Source of the DNA: Eledone cirrhosa
Lineage: Eukaryota
Length of the DNA stretch: 64,000 nt
Reading direction: 5' to 3'
Assembly (NCBI GenBank): GCA_964016885.1
Contig: OZ024745.1
Coordinates: 5,022,001-5,086,000 of the forward strand
The notes below the pieces were generated by a model. The model was given only the letters and a program-made list of their open reading frames with translations. It was not told the origin of the DNA and made no database searches. The translations under genes were made by a program, and so were the position numbers. Each line of letters opens with the position of its first letter. Within the stretch, counting starts at the first letter, position 1. Below are positions 35,701 to 50,700 of this stretch, piece after piece.

Positions 35701-38700
35701 CAAATTAGACCAAGTGGGGTGGAAGTTATCAAATTAGACCTAGTGAGGTGGAACTTACCAAATTAGACTGAGTGGGGTGGAACTTATCAAATTAGACTGA
35801 GTGGGGTGGAACTTATCCAATTAGACGTAGTGGGGTGGAACTTATCAAATTAGACCAAGTGGGGTGGAACTTATCAAATTAGACCGAGTGGGGTGGAACT
35901 TATCAACTTAGACGAAGTGGGGTGGAACTTATCAAATTAGACCTAGTGGCTTGGAACTTATCAAATTAGACCAAGTGGGGTGGAACTTATCAAATTAGAC
36001 CTAGTGTGGAGGAACTTATCAAATTAGACCTACTGTAGTGGAACTTATCAAATTAGACCAAGTGGGGTGGAACTTATCATATTAGACCAAGTGGGGTGAA
36101 ACTTATCAAATTAGATCAAGTGGGGTGAAACATATCAAATTAGACCTAGTGGGGTGGAACTTATCAAATTAGACCGAGTGGTGTGGAACTTATCAAATTA
36201 GACCGAGTGGAGTGGAACTTATCAAATTAGACCAAGTGGGGTGGAACTTATCAAATTAGACCTAGTGGGGTGGAACTTATCAAATTAGACCAAGTGGGGT
36301 GGAACTTATCAAATTAGACCAAGTGGGGTGGAACTTATCAAATTAGACCAAGTGGGGTCGAACTTATCAAATTAGACCAAGTGGGGTGGAACTTATCAAA
36401 TTAGACTGAGTGGGGTGGAACTTATCAAATTAGACCAAGTGGGGTGGAAATTATCAAATTAGACAAAGTGGGGTGGAAATTATCAAATTAGACCAAGTGT
36501 GGTGGATCTTATCAAATTAGACCAAGTGGGGTGGAACTTATCAAATTAGACCAAGTGGGGTGGAACTTATGAAATTAGACCAAGTATGGTCGAACTTAGC
36601 AAATTAGAGTATCTGTGGTGGAACTTATCAAATTAGAACAAGTGGGGTGGAACTTATCAAATTAAACCAAGTGGGGTGGCACTTATCAAATTAGTCCAAG
36701 TTGGGTGGAACTTATGAAATTAGGCCAAGTTGGGTAGAACTTATCAAATTAGACCGACTGGTGTGGAACTTATCAAATTAGACCAAGTGGGGTGGAACTT
36801 ATCAAATTAGACCGAGTGGGGTGGAACTTATCAAATTAGACCGAGTGGGGTGGAACTTATCAAATTAGACCGAGTGGGGTGGAACTTATCAAATTAGACC
36901 GAGTGGGGTGGAACTTATCAACTTAGACCAAGTGGGGTGGAACTTATCAAATTAGAGTGAGTGGGTTGGAACTTATCAAATTAGACCAAGTGGGGTGGAA
37001 CTTATCAAATTAGAACAAGTGGGGTGGAACTTATCAAATTAGACCAAGTGGGGTGGAACTTATCAAATTAGGCCAAGTGGGTGGAGCTTTTCAAATTAGA
37101 CCAAGTGTGGTGGATCTTATCAAATTAGACCAAGTGGGGTGGAACTTATCAAATTAGACCGAGTGGGGTGGAACTTATCAAATTAGACCAAGTGGGGTGG
37201 AACTTATCAAATTAGACCGAGTGGGGTGGAACTTATCAAATTAGACCGAGTGGGGTGGAACTTATCAAATTAGACCAAGTGGGGTGGAACTTATCAAATT
37301 AGAGTGAGTGGGTTGGAACTTATCAAATTAGACCAAGTGGGGTGGAACTTATCTAATTAGACCAAGTGGGGTCGAACTTATCAAATTAGACCTTGTGGGG
37401 TGGAACTTATCAAATTAGACCAAGTGGGGTGGAACTTATCAAATTAGACCAAGTGGGGTGGAACTTATCAAATTAAACCAAGTGGGGTGGAACTTATCAA
37501 ATTAGACCTAGTGGGGTGGAACTTATCAAATTAGACCAAGTGGGGTGGAACTTATCAAATTAGACCAAGTGGGGTGGAACTTATGAAATTAGACCAAGTG
37601 GGGTGGAACTTATCAAATTAGACTGAGTGGGGTGGAACTTATCAAATTAGACTAAGTGGGGTGGAAATTATCAAATTAGACCAAGTGGGGTGGAACTTAT
37701 CAAATTAGACCTAGTGGGGTAGAACTTATCAAATTAGACCGAGTGGGGTGGAACTTATCAAATTAGCCCTAGTGTGGTGGAATTTATCAAATTAGACCAA
37801 GTAGGGTGGAATTTATTAATTTTAGGCCGAGTGGGGTGGAACTTATCAAATTAGACCTAGTGGGGTGGATCTTATCAAATTAGACTTAGTGGGGTGGAAC
37901 TTATCAAATTAGACCGAGTGGGGTGGAACTTATCAAATTAGACCAAGTTGGGTGGAACTTATCAAATTAGACCGAGTCGGGTGCAACTTATCAAATTAGA
38001 CCTAGTGGGGTGGAACTTATCAAATTAGACCTAGTGGGGTGGAACTTATCAAATTAGACCAAGTTGGGTGGAACTTATCAAATTAGACCGAGTGGGGTGC
38101 AACTTATCAAATTAGACCGAGTGGGGTGCAACTTATCAAATTAGACCGAGTGGTGTGGAACTTATCAAATTAGACCGAGTGGAGTGGAACTTATCAAATT
38201 AGACCAAGTGGGGTGGAACTTATCAAATTAGACCAAGTGGGGTGGAACTTATCAAATTAGACCGAGTGTGGTGGAACTTATCAAATTAGAACAAGTGGGG
38301 TGGAACTTATCAAATTAGACCAAGTGGGGTGGAACTTATCAAATTAGAGTGAGTGGGTTGGAACTTATCAAATTAGACCAAGTGGGGTGGAACTTATCAA
38401 ATTAGAACAAGTGGGGTGGAACTTATCAAATTAGACCAAGTGGGGTGGAACTTATCAAATTAGGCCAAGTGGGGTGGAGCTTTTCAAATTAGACCAAGTG
38501 TGGTGGATCTTATCAAATTAGACCAAGTGGGGTGGAACTTATCAAATTAGACCGAGTGGGGTGGAACTTATCAAATTGGACCAAGTGGGGTGGAACTTAT
38601 CAAATTAGACCGAGTGGGGTGGAACTTATCAAATTAGACCGAGTGGGGTGGAACTTATCAAATTAGACCAAGTGGGGTGGAACTTATCAAATTAGAGTGA

Positions 38701-41700
38701 GTGGGTTGGAACTTATCAAATTAGACCAAGTGGGGTGGAACTTATCTAATTAGACCAAGTGGGGTCGAACTTATCAAATTAGACCTTGTGGGGTGGAACT
38801 TATCAAATTAGACCAAGTGGGGTGGAACTTATCAAATTAGACCAAGTGGGGTGGAACTTATCAAATTAAACCAAGTGGGGTGGAATTTATCAAATTAGAC
38901 CAAGTGGGGTGGAACTTATCAAATTAGACCTAGTGGGGTGGAACTTATCAAATTAGACCAAGTGGGGTGGAACTTATCAAATTAGACCAAGTGGGGTGGA
39001 ACTTATGAAATTAGGCCAAGTTGGGTAGAACTTATCAAATTAGACCGAGTGGTGTGGAACTTATCAAATTAGACCAAGTGGGGTGGAACATATCAAATTA
39101 GACCGAGTGGGGTGGAACTTATTAAATTAGACCAAGTATGGTCGAACTTATCAAATTAGAGTATCTGTGGTGGAACTTATCAAATTAGACCAAGTGGGGT
39201 GGAACTTATCAAATTAAACCAAGTGGGGTGGCACTTATCAAATTAGTCCAAGTTGGGTGGAACTTATGAAATTAGGCCAAGTTGGGTAGAACTTATCAAA
39301 TTAGACCGAGTGGTGTGGAACTTATCAAATTAGACCAAGTGGGGTGGAACTTATCAAATTAGACCGAGTGGGGTGGAACTTATCAAATTAGACCGAGTGA
39401 GGTGGAACTTATCAAATTAGTCCAAGTGGGGTGGAACTTATCAAATTAGAGTGAGTGGGTTGGAACTTAGCAAATTAGACCAAGTGGGGTGGAACTTATC
39501 AAATTAGAACAAGTGGGGTGGAACTTATCAAATTAGACCAAGTGGGGTGGAACTTATCAAATTAGGCCAAGTGGGGTGGAGCTTTTCAAATTAGACCAAG
39601 TGTGGTGGATCTTATCAAATTAGACCAAGTGGGGTGGAACTTATTACATTAGACCGAGTGGGGTGGAACTTATCAAATTAGACCAAGTGGGGTGGAACTT
39701 ATCAAATTAGACCGAGTGGGGTGGAACTTATCAAATTAGACCGAGTGGGGTGGAACTTATCAAATTAGACCAAGTGGGGTGGAACTTATCAAATTAGAGT
39801 GAGTGGGTTGGAACTTATCAAATTAGACCAAGTGGGGTGGAACTTATCTAATTAGACCAAGTGGGGTCGAACTTATCAAATTAGACCTTGTGGGGTGGAA
39901 CTTATCAAATTAGACCAAGTGGGGTGGAACTTATCAAATTAAACCAAGTGGGGTGGAACTTATCAAATTAGACCAAGTGGGGTGGAACTTATCAAATTAG
40001 ACCTAGTGGGGTGGAACTTATCAAATTAGACCAAGTTGGGTGGAACTTATCAAATTAGACCGAGTGGGGTGCAACTTATCAAATTAGACCGAGTGGGGTG
40101 CAACTTATCAAATTAGACCGAGTGGTGTGGAACTTATCAAATTAGACCGAGTGGAGTGGAACTTATCAAATTAGACCAAGTGGGGTGGAACTTATCAAAT
40201 TAGACCAAGTGGGGTGGAACTTATCAAATTAGACCGAGTGTGGTGGAACTTATCAAATTAGAACAAGTGGGGTGGAACTTATCAAATTAGACCAAGTGGG
40301 ATGGAACTTATCAAATTAGAGTGAGTGGGTTGGAACTTATCAAATTAGACCAAGTGGGGTGGACCTTATCAAATTAGAACAAGTGGGGTGGAACTTATCA
40401 AATTAGACCAAGTGGGGTGGAACTTATCAAATTAGGCCAAGTGGGGTGGAGCTTTTCAAATTAGACCAAGTGTGGTGGATCTTATCAAATTAGACCAAGT
40501 GGGGTGGAACTTATCAAATTAGACCGAGTGGGGTGGAACTTATCAAATTGGACCAAGTGGGGTGGAACTTATCAAATTAGACCGAGTGGGGTGGAACTTA
40601 TCAAATTAGACCGAGTGGGGTGGAACTTATCAAATTAGACCAAGTGGGGTGGAACTTATCAAATTAGAGTGAGTGGGTTGGAACTTATCAAATTAGATCA
40701 AGTGGGGTGGAACTTATCTAATTAGACCAAGTGGGGTCGAACTTATCAAATTAGACCTTGTGGGGTGGAACTTATCAAATTAGACCAAGTGGGGTGGAAC
40801 TTATCAAATTAGACCAAGTGGGGTGGAACTTATCAAATTAAACCAAGTGGGGTGGAACTTATCAAATTAGACCAAGTGGGGTGGAACTTATCAAATTAGA
40901 CCTAGTGGGGTGGAACTTATCAAATTAGACCGAGTGGTGTGGAACTTATCAAATTAGACCAAGTGGGGTGGAACATATCAAATTAGACCGAGTGGGGTGG
41001 AACTTATTAAATTAGACCAAGTATGGTCGAACTTATCAAATTAGAGTATCTGTGGTGGAACTTATCAAATTAGACCAAGTGGGGTGGAACTTATCAAATT
41101 AAACCAAGTGGGGTGGCACTTATCAAATTAGTCCAAGTTGGGTGGAACTTATGAAATTAGGCCAAGTTGGGTAGAACTTATCAAATTAGACCGAGTGGTG
41201 TGGAACTTATCAAATTAGACCAAGTGGGGTGGAACTTATCAAATTAGACCGAGTGAGGTGGAACTTATCAAATTAGTCCAAGTGGGGTGGAACTTATCAA
41301 ATTAGAGTGAGTGGGTTGGAACTTAGCAAATTAGACCAAGTGGGGTGGAACTTATCAAATTAGAACAAGTGGGGTGGAACTTATCAAATTAGACCAAGTG
41401 GGGTGGAACTTATCAAATTAGGCCAAGTGGGGTGGAGCTTTTCAAATTAGACCAAGTGTGGTGGATCTTGTCAAATTAGACCAAGTGGGGTGGAACTTAT
41501 TACATTAGACCGAGTGGGGTGGAACTTATCAAATTAGACCAAGTGGGGTGGAACTTATCAAATTAGACCGAGTGGGGTGGAACTTATCAAATTAGACCGA
41601 GTGGGGTGGAACTTATCAAATTAGACCAAGTGGGGTGGAACTTATCAAATTAGAGTGAGTGGGTTGGAACTTATCAAATTAGACCAAGTGGGGTGGAACT

Positions 41701-44700
41701 TATCTAATTAGACCAAGTGGGGTCGAACTCATCAAATTAGACCTTGTGGGGTGGAACTTATCAAATTAGACCAAGTGGGGTGGAACTTATCAAATTAGAC
41801 CAAGTGGGGTGGAACTTATCAAATTAGACCTAGTGGGGTGGAACTTATCAAATTAGACCAAGTGGGGTGGAACTTATCAAATTAGACCAAGTGGGGTGGA
41901 ACTTATGAAATTAGGCCAAGTTGGGTAGAACTTATCAAATTAGACCGAGTGGTGTGGAACTTATCAAATTAGACCAAGTGGGGTGGAACATATCAAATTA
42001 GACCGAGTGGGGTGGAACTTATTAAATTAGACCAAGTATGGTCGAACTTATCAAATTAGAGTATCTGTGGTGGAACTTATCAAATTAGACCAAGTGGGGT
42101 GGAACTTATCAAATTAAACCAAGTGGGGTGGCACTTATCAAATTAGTCCAAGTTGGGTGGAACTTATGAAATTAGGCCAAGTTGGGTAGAACTTATCAAA
42201 TTAGACCGAGTGGTGTGGAACTTATCAAATTAGACCAAGTGGGGTGGAACTTATCAAATTAGACCGAGTGGGGTGGAACTTATCAAATTAGACCGAGTGA
42301 GGTGGAACTTATCAAATTAGTCCAAGTGGGGTGGAACTTATCAAATTAGAGTGAGTGGGTTGGAACTTAGCAAATTAGACCAAGTGGGGTGGAACTTATC
42401 AAATTAGAACAAGTGGGGTGGAACTTATCAAATTAGACCAAGTGGGGTGGAACTTATCAAATTAGGCCAAGTGGGGTGGAGCTTTTCAAATTAGACCAAG
42501 TGTGGTGGATCTTATCAAATTAGACCAAGTGGGGTGGAACTTATTACATTAGACCGAGTGGGGTGGAACTTATCAAATTAGACCAAGTGGGGTGGAACTT
42601 ATCAAATTAGACCGAGTGGGGTGGAACTTATCAAATTAGACCGAGTGGGGTGGAACTTATCAAATTAGACCAAGTGGGGTGGAACTTATCAAATTAGAGT
42701 GAGTGGGTTGGAACTTATCAAATTAGACCAAGTGGGGTGGAACTTATCTAATTAGACCAAGTGGGGTCGAACTTATCAAATTAGACCTTGTGGGGTGGAA
42801 CTTATCAAATTAGACCAAGTGGGGTGGAACTTATCAAATTAAACCAAGTGGGGTGGAACTTATCAAATTAGACCAAGTGGGGTGGAACTTATCAAATTAG
42901 ACCTAGTGGGGTGGAACTTATCAAATTAGACCAAGTGGGGTGGAACTTATCAAATTAGACCTTGTGAGGTGGAACTTATGAAATTAGACCAAGTGGGGTG
43001 GAACTTATCAAATTAGACCAAGTGGGGTGGAACTTATCAAATTAGACCAAGTGGGGTGGAACTTATCAAATTAGACTGAGTGGGGTGGAACTTATCAAAT
43101 TAGACTAAGTGGGGTGGAAATTATCAAATTAGACCAAGTGGGGTGGAAATTATCAAATTAGACCAAGTGTGGTGGATCTTATCAAATTAGACCGACTGGG
43201 GTGGAACTTATCAATTTAGACCAAGTGGGGTGGAACTTATCAAATTAGACCAAGTGGGGTGGAGCTTATCAAATTAGACCAAGTGTGGTGGATCTTATCA
43301 AATTAGACCAAGTGTGGTTGAACTTATCAAATTAGACCAAGTTGGGTGGAACTTATCAAATTAGACCTAGTGAGGTGGAACTTATCAAATTAGACCAAAT
43401 GGGGTGGAACTTATCAAATTAGACTGAGTGTGGTGGAACTTATTAAATTAGACCAAGTGGGGTGGAACTTATCAAATTAGACCGAGTGGTGTGGAACTTA
43501 TCAAATTAGACCAAGTGGGGTGGAACTTATCAAATTAGACCTAGTGGGGTGGAACTTATCAAATTAGACCAAGTGGGGTGGAACTTATCAAATTAGACTG
43601 AGTGGGGTGGAACTTATCAAATTAGACCAAGTGGGGTGGAAATTATCAAATTAGACCAAGTGGGGTGGAACTTATTAAATTAGACCAAGTATGGTCGAAC
43701 TTATCAAATTAGAGTATCTGTGGTGGAACTTATCAAATTAGACCAAGTGGGGTGGAACTTATCAAATTAGAACAAGTGGGGTGGAACTTATCAAATTAGA
43801 CCAAGTGGGGTGGAACTTATCAAATTAGGCCAAGTGGGTGGAGCTTTTCAAATTAGACCGAGTGGGGTGAAACTTATCAAATTAGACCAAGTGGGGTGGA
43901 ACTTATCAAATTAGACCGAGTGGGTTGGAACTTATCAAATTAGACCGAGTGGGGTGGAACTTATCAAATTAGACCAAGTGGGGTGGAACTTATCAAATTA
44001 GAGTGAGTGGGTTGGAACTTATCAAATTAGACCAAGTGGGGTGGAACTTATCTAATTAGACCAAGTGGGGTCGAACTTATCAAATTAGACCTAGTGGGGT
44101 GGAACTTATCAAATTAGACCAAGTGGGGTGCAACTTATCAAATTAGACCAAGTGGGGTGGAACTTATGAAATTAGACCAAGTGGGGTGGAACTTATCAAA
44201 TTAGACTGAGTGGGGTGGAACTTATCATATTAGACTAAGTGGGGTGGAAATTATCAAATTAGACCAAGTGAGGTGGAACTTATCAAATTAGACCTAGTGG
44301 GGTAGAACTTATCAAATTAGACCGAGTGGGGTGGAACTTATCAAATTAGACCGAGTGGGGTGGAACTTATCAAATTAGCCCTAGTGTGGTGGAATTTATC
44401 AAATTAGACCAAGTAGGGTGGAATTTATTAATTTTAGGCCGAGTGGGGTGGAACTTATCAAATTAGACCTAGTGGGGTGGATCTTATCAAATTAGACTTA
44501 GTGGGGTGGAACTTATCAAATTAGACCAAGTGGGGTGGAAATTATCAAATTAGACCGAGTCGGGTGCAACTTATCAAATTAGACCTAGTGGGGTGGAACT
44601 TATCAAATTAGACCGAGTGGGGTGCAACTTATCAAATTAGACCGAGTGGGGTGCAACTTATCAAATTAGACCGAGTGGTGTGGAACTTATCAAATTAGAC

Positions 44701-47700
44701 CAAGTGGGGTGGAACTTATCAAATTAGACCGAGTGGGGTGGAACTTATCAAATTAGACCGAGTGGGGTGGAACTTATCAAATTAGACCGAGTGGGGTGGA
44801 ACTTATCAAATTAGACCGAGTGGGGTGGAACTTATCAACTTAGACCAAGTGGGGTGGAACTTATCAAATTAGAGTGAGTGGGTTGGAACTTATCAAATTA
44901 GACCAAGTGGGGTGGAACTTATCAAATTAGAACAAGTGGGGTGGAACTTATCAAATTAGACCAAGTGGGGTGGAACTTATCAAATTAGGCCAAGTGGGTG
45001 GAGCTTTTCAAATTAGACCAAGTGTGGTGGATCTTATCAAATTAGACCAAGTGGGGTGGAACTTATCAAATTAGACCGAGTGGGGTGGAACTTATCAAAT
45101 TAGACCAAGTGGGGTGGAACTTATCAAATTAGACCGAGTGGGGTGGAACTTATCAAATTAGACCGAGTGGGGTGGAACTTATCAAATTAGACCAAGTGGA
45201 GTGGAACTTATCAAATTAGAGTGAGTGAGTTGGAACTTATCAAATTAGACCAAGTGGGGTGGAACTTATCTAATTAGACCAAGTGGGGTCGAACTTATCA
45301 AATTAGACCTTGTGGGGTGGAACTTATCAAATTAGACCAAGTGGGGTGGAACTTATCAAATTAGACCAAGTGGGGTGGAACTTATCAAATTAAACCAAGT
45401 GGGGTGGAACTTATCAAATTAGACCAAGTGGGGTGGAACTTATCAAGTTAGACCTAGTGGGGTGGAACTTATCAAATTAGACCAAGTGGGGTGGAACTTA
45501 TCAAATTAGACCAAGTGGGGTGGAACTTATGAAATTAGACCAAGTGGGGTGGAACTTATCAAATTAGACTGAGTGGGGTGGAACTTATCAAATTAGACTA
45601 AGTGGGGTGGAAATTATCAAATTAGACCAAGTGGGGTGGAACTTATCAAATTAGACCTAGTGGGGTAGAACTTATCAAATTAGACCGAGTGGGGTGGAAC
45701 TTATCAAATTAGCCCTAGTGTGGTGGAATTTATCAAATTAGACCAAGTAGGGTGGAATTTATTAATTTTAGGCCGAGTGGGGTGGAACTTATCAAATTAG
45801 ACCTAGTGGGGTGGATCTTATCAAATTAGACTTAGTGGGGTGAAACTTATCAAATTAGACCGAGTGGGGTGGAACTTATCAAATTAGACCAAGTTGGGTG
45901 GAACTTATCAAATTAGACCGAGTGGGGTGCAACTTATCAAATTAGACCGAGTGGGGTGCAACTTATCAAATTAGACCGAGTGGAGTGGAACTTATCAAAT
46001 TAGACCAAGTGGGGTGGAACTTATCAAATTAGACCAAGTGGGGTGGAACTTATCAAATTAGACCGAGTGTGGTGGAACTTATCAAATTAGAACAAGTGGG
46101 GTGGAACTTATCAAATTAGACCAAGTGGGGTGGAACTTATCAAATTAGAGTGAGTGGGTTGGAACTTATCAAATTAGACCAAGTGGGGTGGAACTTATCA
46201 AATTAGAACAAGTGGGGTGGAACTTATCAAATTAGACCAAGTGGGGTGGAACTTATCAAATTAGGCCAAGTGGGGTGGAACTTTTCAAATTAGACCAAGT
46301 GTGGTGGATCTTATCAAATTAGACCAAGTGGGGTGGAACTTATCAAATTAGACTGAGTGGGGTGGAACTTATCAAATTAGACTAAGTGGGGTGGAAATTA
46401 TCAAATTAGACCAAGTGAGGTGGAACTTATCAAATTAGACCTAGTGGGGTAGAACTTATCAAATTAGACCGAGTGGGGTGGAACTTATCAAATTAGACCG
46501 AGTGGGGTGGAACTTATCAAATTAGCCCTAGTGTGGTGGAATTTATCAAATTAGACCAAGTAGGGTGGAATTTATTAATTTTAGGCCGAGAGGGGTGGAA
46601 CTTATCAAATTAGACCTAGTGGGGTGGATCTTATCAAATTAGACTTAGTGGGGTGGAACTTATCAAATTAGACCAAGTGGGGTGGAAATTATCAAATTAG
46701 ACCGAGTCGGGTGCAACTTATCAAATTAGACCTAGTGGGGTGGAACTTATCAAATTAGACCGAGTGGGGTGCAACTTATCAAATTAGACCGAGTGGGGTG
46801 CAACTTATCAAATTAGACCGAGTGGTGTGGAACTTATCAAATTAGACCAAGTGGGGTGGAACTTATCAAATTAGACCGAGTGGGGTGGAACTTATCAAAT
46901 TAGACCGAGTGGGGTGGAACTTATCAAATTAGACCGAGTGGGGTGGAACTTATCAAATTAGACCGAGTGGGGTGGAACTTATCAACTTAGACCAAGTGGG
47001 GTGGAACTTATCAAATTAGAGTGAGTGGGTTGGAACTTATCAAATTAGACCAAGTGGGGTGGAACTTATCAAATTAGAACAAGTGGGGTGGAACTTATCA
47101 AATTAGACCAAGTGGGGTGGAACTTATCAAATTAGGCCAAGTGGGTGGAGCTTTTCAAATTAGACCAAGTGTGGTGGATCTTATCAAATTAGACCAAGTG
47201 GGGTGGAACTTATCAAATTAGACCGAGTGGGGTGGAACTTATCAAATTAGACCAAGTGGGGTGGAACTTATCAAATTAGACCGAGTGGGGTGGAACTTAT
47301 CAAATTAGACCGAGTGGGGTGGAACTTATCAAATTAGACCAAGTGGGGTGGAACTTATCAAATTAGAGTGAGTGGGTTGGAACTTATCAAATTAGACCAA
47401 GTGGGGTGGAACTTATCTAATTAGACCAAGTGGGGTCGAACTTATCAAATTAGACCTTGTGGGGTGGAACTTATCAAATTAGACCAAGTGGGGTGGAACT
47501 TATCAAATTAGACCAAGTGGGGTGGAACTTATGAAATTAAACCAAGTGGGGTGGAACTTATCAAATTAGACCAAGTGGGGTGGAACTTATCAAGTTAGAC
47601 CTAGTGGGGTGGAACTTATCAAATTAGACCAAGTGGGGTGGAACTTATCAAATTAGACCAAGTGGGGTGGAACTTATGAAATTAGACCAAGTGGGGTGGA

Positions 47701-50700
47701 ACTTATCAAATTAGACTGAGTGGGGTGGAACTTATCAAATTAGACTAAGTGGGGTGGAAATTATCAAATTAGACCAAGTGGGGTGGAACTTATCAAATTA
47801 GACCTAGTGGGGTAGAACTTATCAAATTAGACCGAGTGGGGTGGAACTTATCAAATTAGCCCTAGTGTGGTGGAATTTATCAAATTAGACCAAGTAGGGT
47901 GGAATTTATTAATTTTAGGCCGAGTGGGGTGGAACTTATCAAATTAGACCTAGTGGGGTGGATCTTATCAAATTAGACTTAGTGGGGTGGAACTTATCAA
48001 ATTAGACCGAGTGGGGTGGAACTTATCAAATTAGACCAAGTTGGGTGGAACTTATCAAATTAGACCGAGTCGGGTGCAACTTATCAAATTAGACCTAGTG
48101 GGGTGGAACTTATCAAATTAGACCTAGTGGGGTGGAACTTATCAAATTAGACCAAGTTGGGTGGAACTTATCAAATTAGACCGAGTGGGGTGCAACTTAT
48201 CAAATTAGACCGAGTGGGGTGGAACTTATCAAATTAGACCAAGTGGGGTGGAACTTATCAAATTAAACCAAGTGGGGTGGAACTTATCAAATTAGACCAA
48301 GTGGGGTGGAACTTATCAAATTAGACCTAGTGGGGTGGAACTTATCAAATTAGACCAAGTGGGGTGGAACTTATCAAATTAGACTGAGTGGGGTGGAACT
48401 TATCAAATTAGACCAAGTGGGGTGGAAATTATCAAATTAGACCAAGTGGGGTGGAACTTATTAAATTAGACCAAGTATGGTCGAACTTATCAAATTAGAG
48501 TATCTGTGGTGGAACTTATCAAATTAGACCAAGTGGGGTGGAACTTATCAAATTAGAACAAGTGGGGTGGAACTTATCAAATTAGACCAAGTGGGGTGGA
48601 ACTTATCAAATTAGGCCAAGTGGGTGGAGCTTTTCAAATTAGACCAAGTGTGGTGGATCTTATCAAATTAGACCAAGTGGGGTGGAACTTATCAAATTAG
48701 ACCGAGTGGGGTGAAACTTATCAAATTAGACCAAGTGGGGTGGAACTTATCAAATTAGACCGAGTGGGTTGGAACTTATCAAATTAGACCGAGTGGGGTG
48801 GAACTTATCAAATTAGACCAAGTGGGGTGGAACTTATCAAATTAGAGTGAGTGGGTTGGAACTTATCAAATTAGACCAAGTGGGGTGGAACTTATCTAAT
48901 TAGACCAAGTGGGGTCGAACTTATCATATTAGACCTAGTGGGGTGGAACTTATCAAATTAGACCAAGTGGGGTGCAACTTATCAAATTAGACCAAGTGGG
49001 GTGGAACTTATGAAATTAGACCAAGTGGGGTGGAACTTATCAAATTAGACTGAGTGGGGTGGAACTTATCATATTAGACTAAGTGGGGTGGAAATTATCA
49101 AATTAGACCAAGTGAGGTGGAACTTATCAAATTAGACCTAGTGGGGTAGAACTTATCAAATTAGACCGAGTGGGGTGGAACTTATCAAATTAGACCGAGT
49201 GGGGTGGAACTTATCAAATTAGCCCTAGTGTGGTGGAATTTATCAAATTAGACCAAGTAGGGTGGAATTTATTAATTTTAGGCCGAGTGGGGTGGAACTT
49301 ATCAAATTAGACCTAGTGGGGTGGATCTTATCAAATTAGACTTAGTGGGGTGGAACTTATCAAATTAGACCAAGTGGGGTGGAAATTATCAAATTAGACC
49401 GAGTCGGGTGCAACTTATCAAATTAGACCTAGTGGGGTGGAACTTATCAAATTAGACCGAGTGGGGTGCAACTTATCAAATTAGACCGAGTGGGGTGCAA
49501 CTTATCAAATTAGACCGAGTGGTGTGGAACTTATCAAATTAGACCAAGTGGGGTGGAACTTATCAAATTAGACCGAGTGGGGTGGAACTTATCAAATTAG
49601 ACCGAGTGGGGTGGAACTTATCAAATTAGACCGAGTGGGGTGGAACTTATCAAATTAGACCGAGTGGGGTGGAACTTATCAACTTAGACCAAGTGGGGTG
49701 GAACTTATCAAATTAGAGTGAGTGGGTTGGAACTTATCAAATTAGACCAAGTGGGGTGGAACTTATCAAATTAGAACAAGTGGGGTGGAACTTATCAAAT
49801 TAGACCAAGTGGGGTGGAACTTATCAAATTAGGCCAAGTGGGTGGAGCTTTTCAAATTAGACCAAGTGTGGTGGATCTTATCAAATTAGACCAAGTGGGG
49901 TGGAACTTATCAAATTAGACCGAGTGGGGTGGAACTTATCAAATTAGACCAAGTGGGGTGGAACTTATCAAATTAGACCGAGTGGGGTGGAACTTATCAA
50001 ATTAGACCGAGTGGGGTGGAACTTATCAAATTAGACCAAGTGGGGTGGAACTTATCAAATTAGAGTGAGTGAGTTGGAACTTATCAAATTAGACCAAGTG
50101 GGGTGGAACTTATCTAATTAGACCAAGTGGGGTCGAACTTATCAAATTAGACCTTGTGGGGTGGAACTTATCAAATTAGACCAAGTGGGGTGGAACTTAT
50201 CAAATTAGACCAAGTGGGGTGGAACTTATCAAATTAAACCAAGTGGGGTGGAACTTATCAAATTAGACCAAGTGGGGTGGAACTTATCAAGTTAGACCTA
50301 GTGGGGTGGAACTTATCAAATTAGACCAAGTGGGGTGGAACTTATCAAATTAGACCAAGTGGGGTGGAACTTATGAAATTAGACCAAGTGGGGTGGAACT
50401 TATCAAATTAGACTGAGTGGGGTGGAACTTATCAAATTAGACTAAGTGGGGTGGAAATTATCAAATTAGACCAAGTGGGGTGGAACTTATCAAATTAGAC
50501 CTAGTGGGGTAGAACTTATCAAATTAGACCGAGTGGGGTGGAACTTATCAAATTAGCCCTAGTGTGGTGGAATTTATCAAATTAGACCAAGTAGGGTGGA
50601 ATTTATTAATTTTAGGCCGAGTGGGGTGGAACTTATCAAATTAGACCTAGTGGGGTGGATCTTATCAAATTAGACTTAGTGGGGTGAAACTTATCAAATT

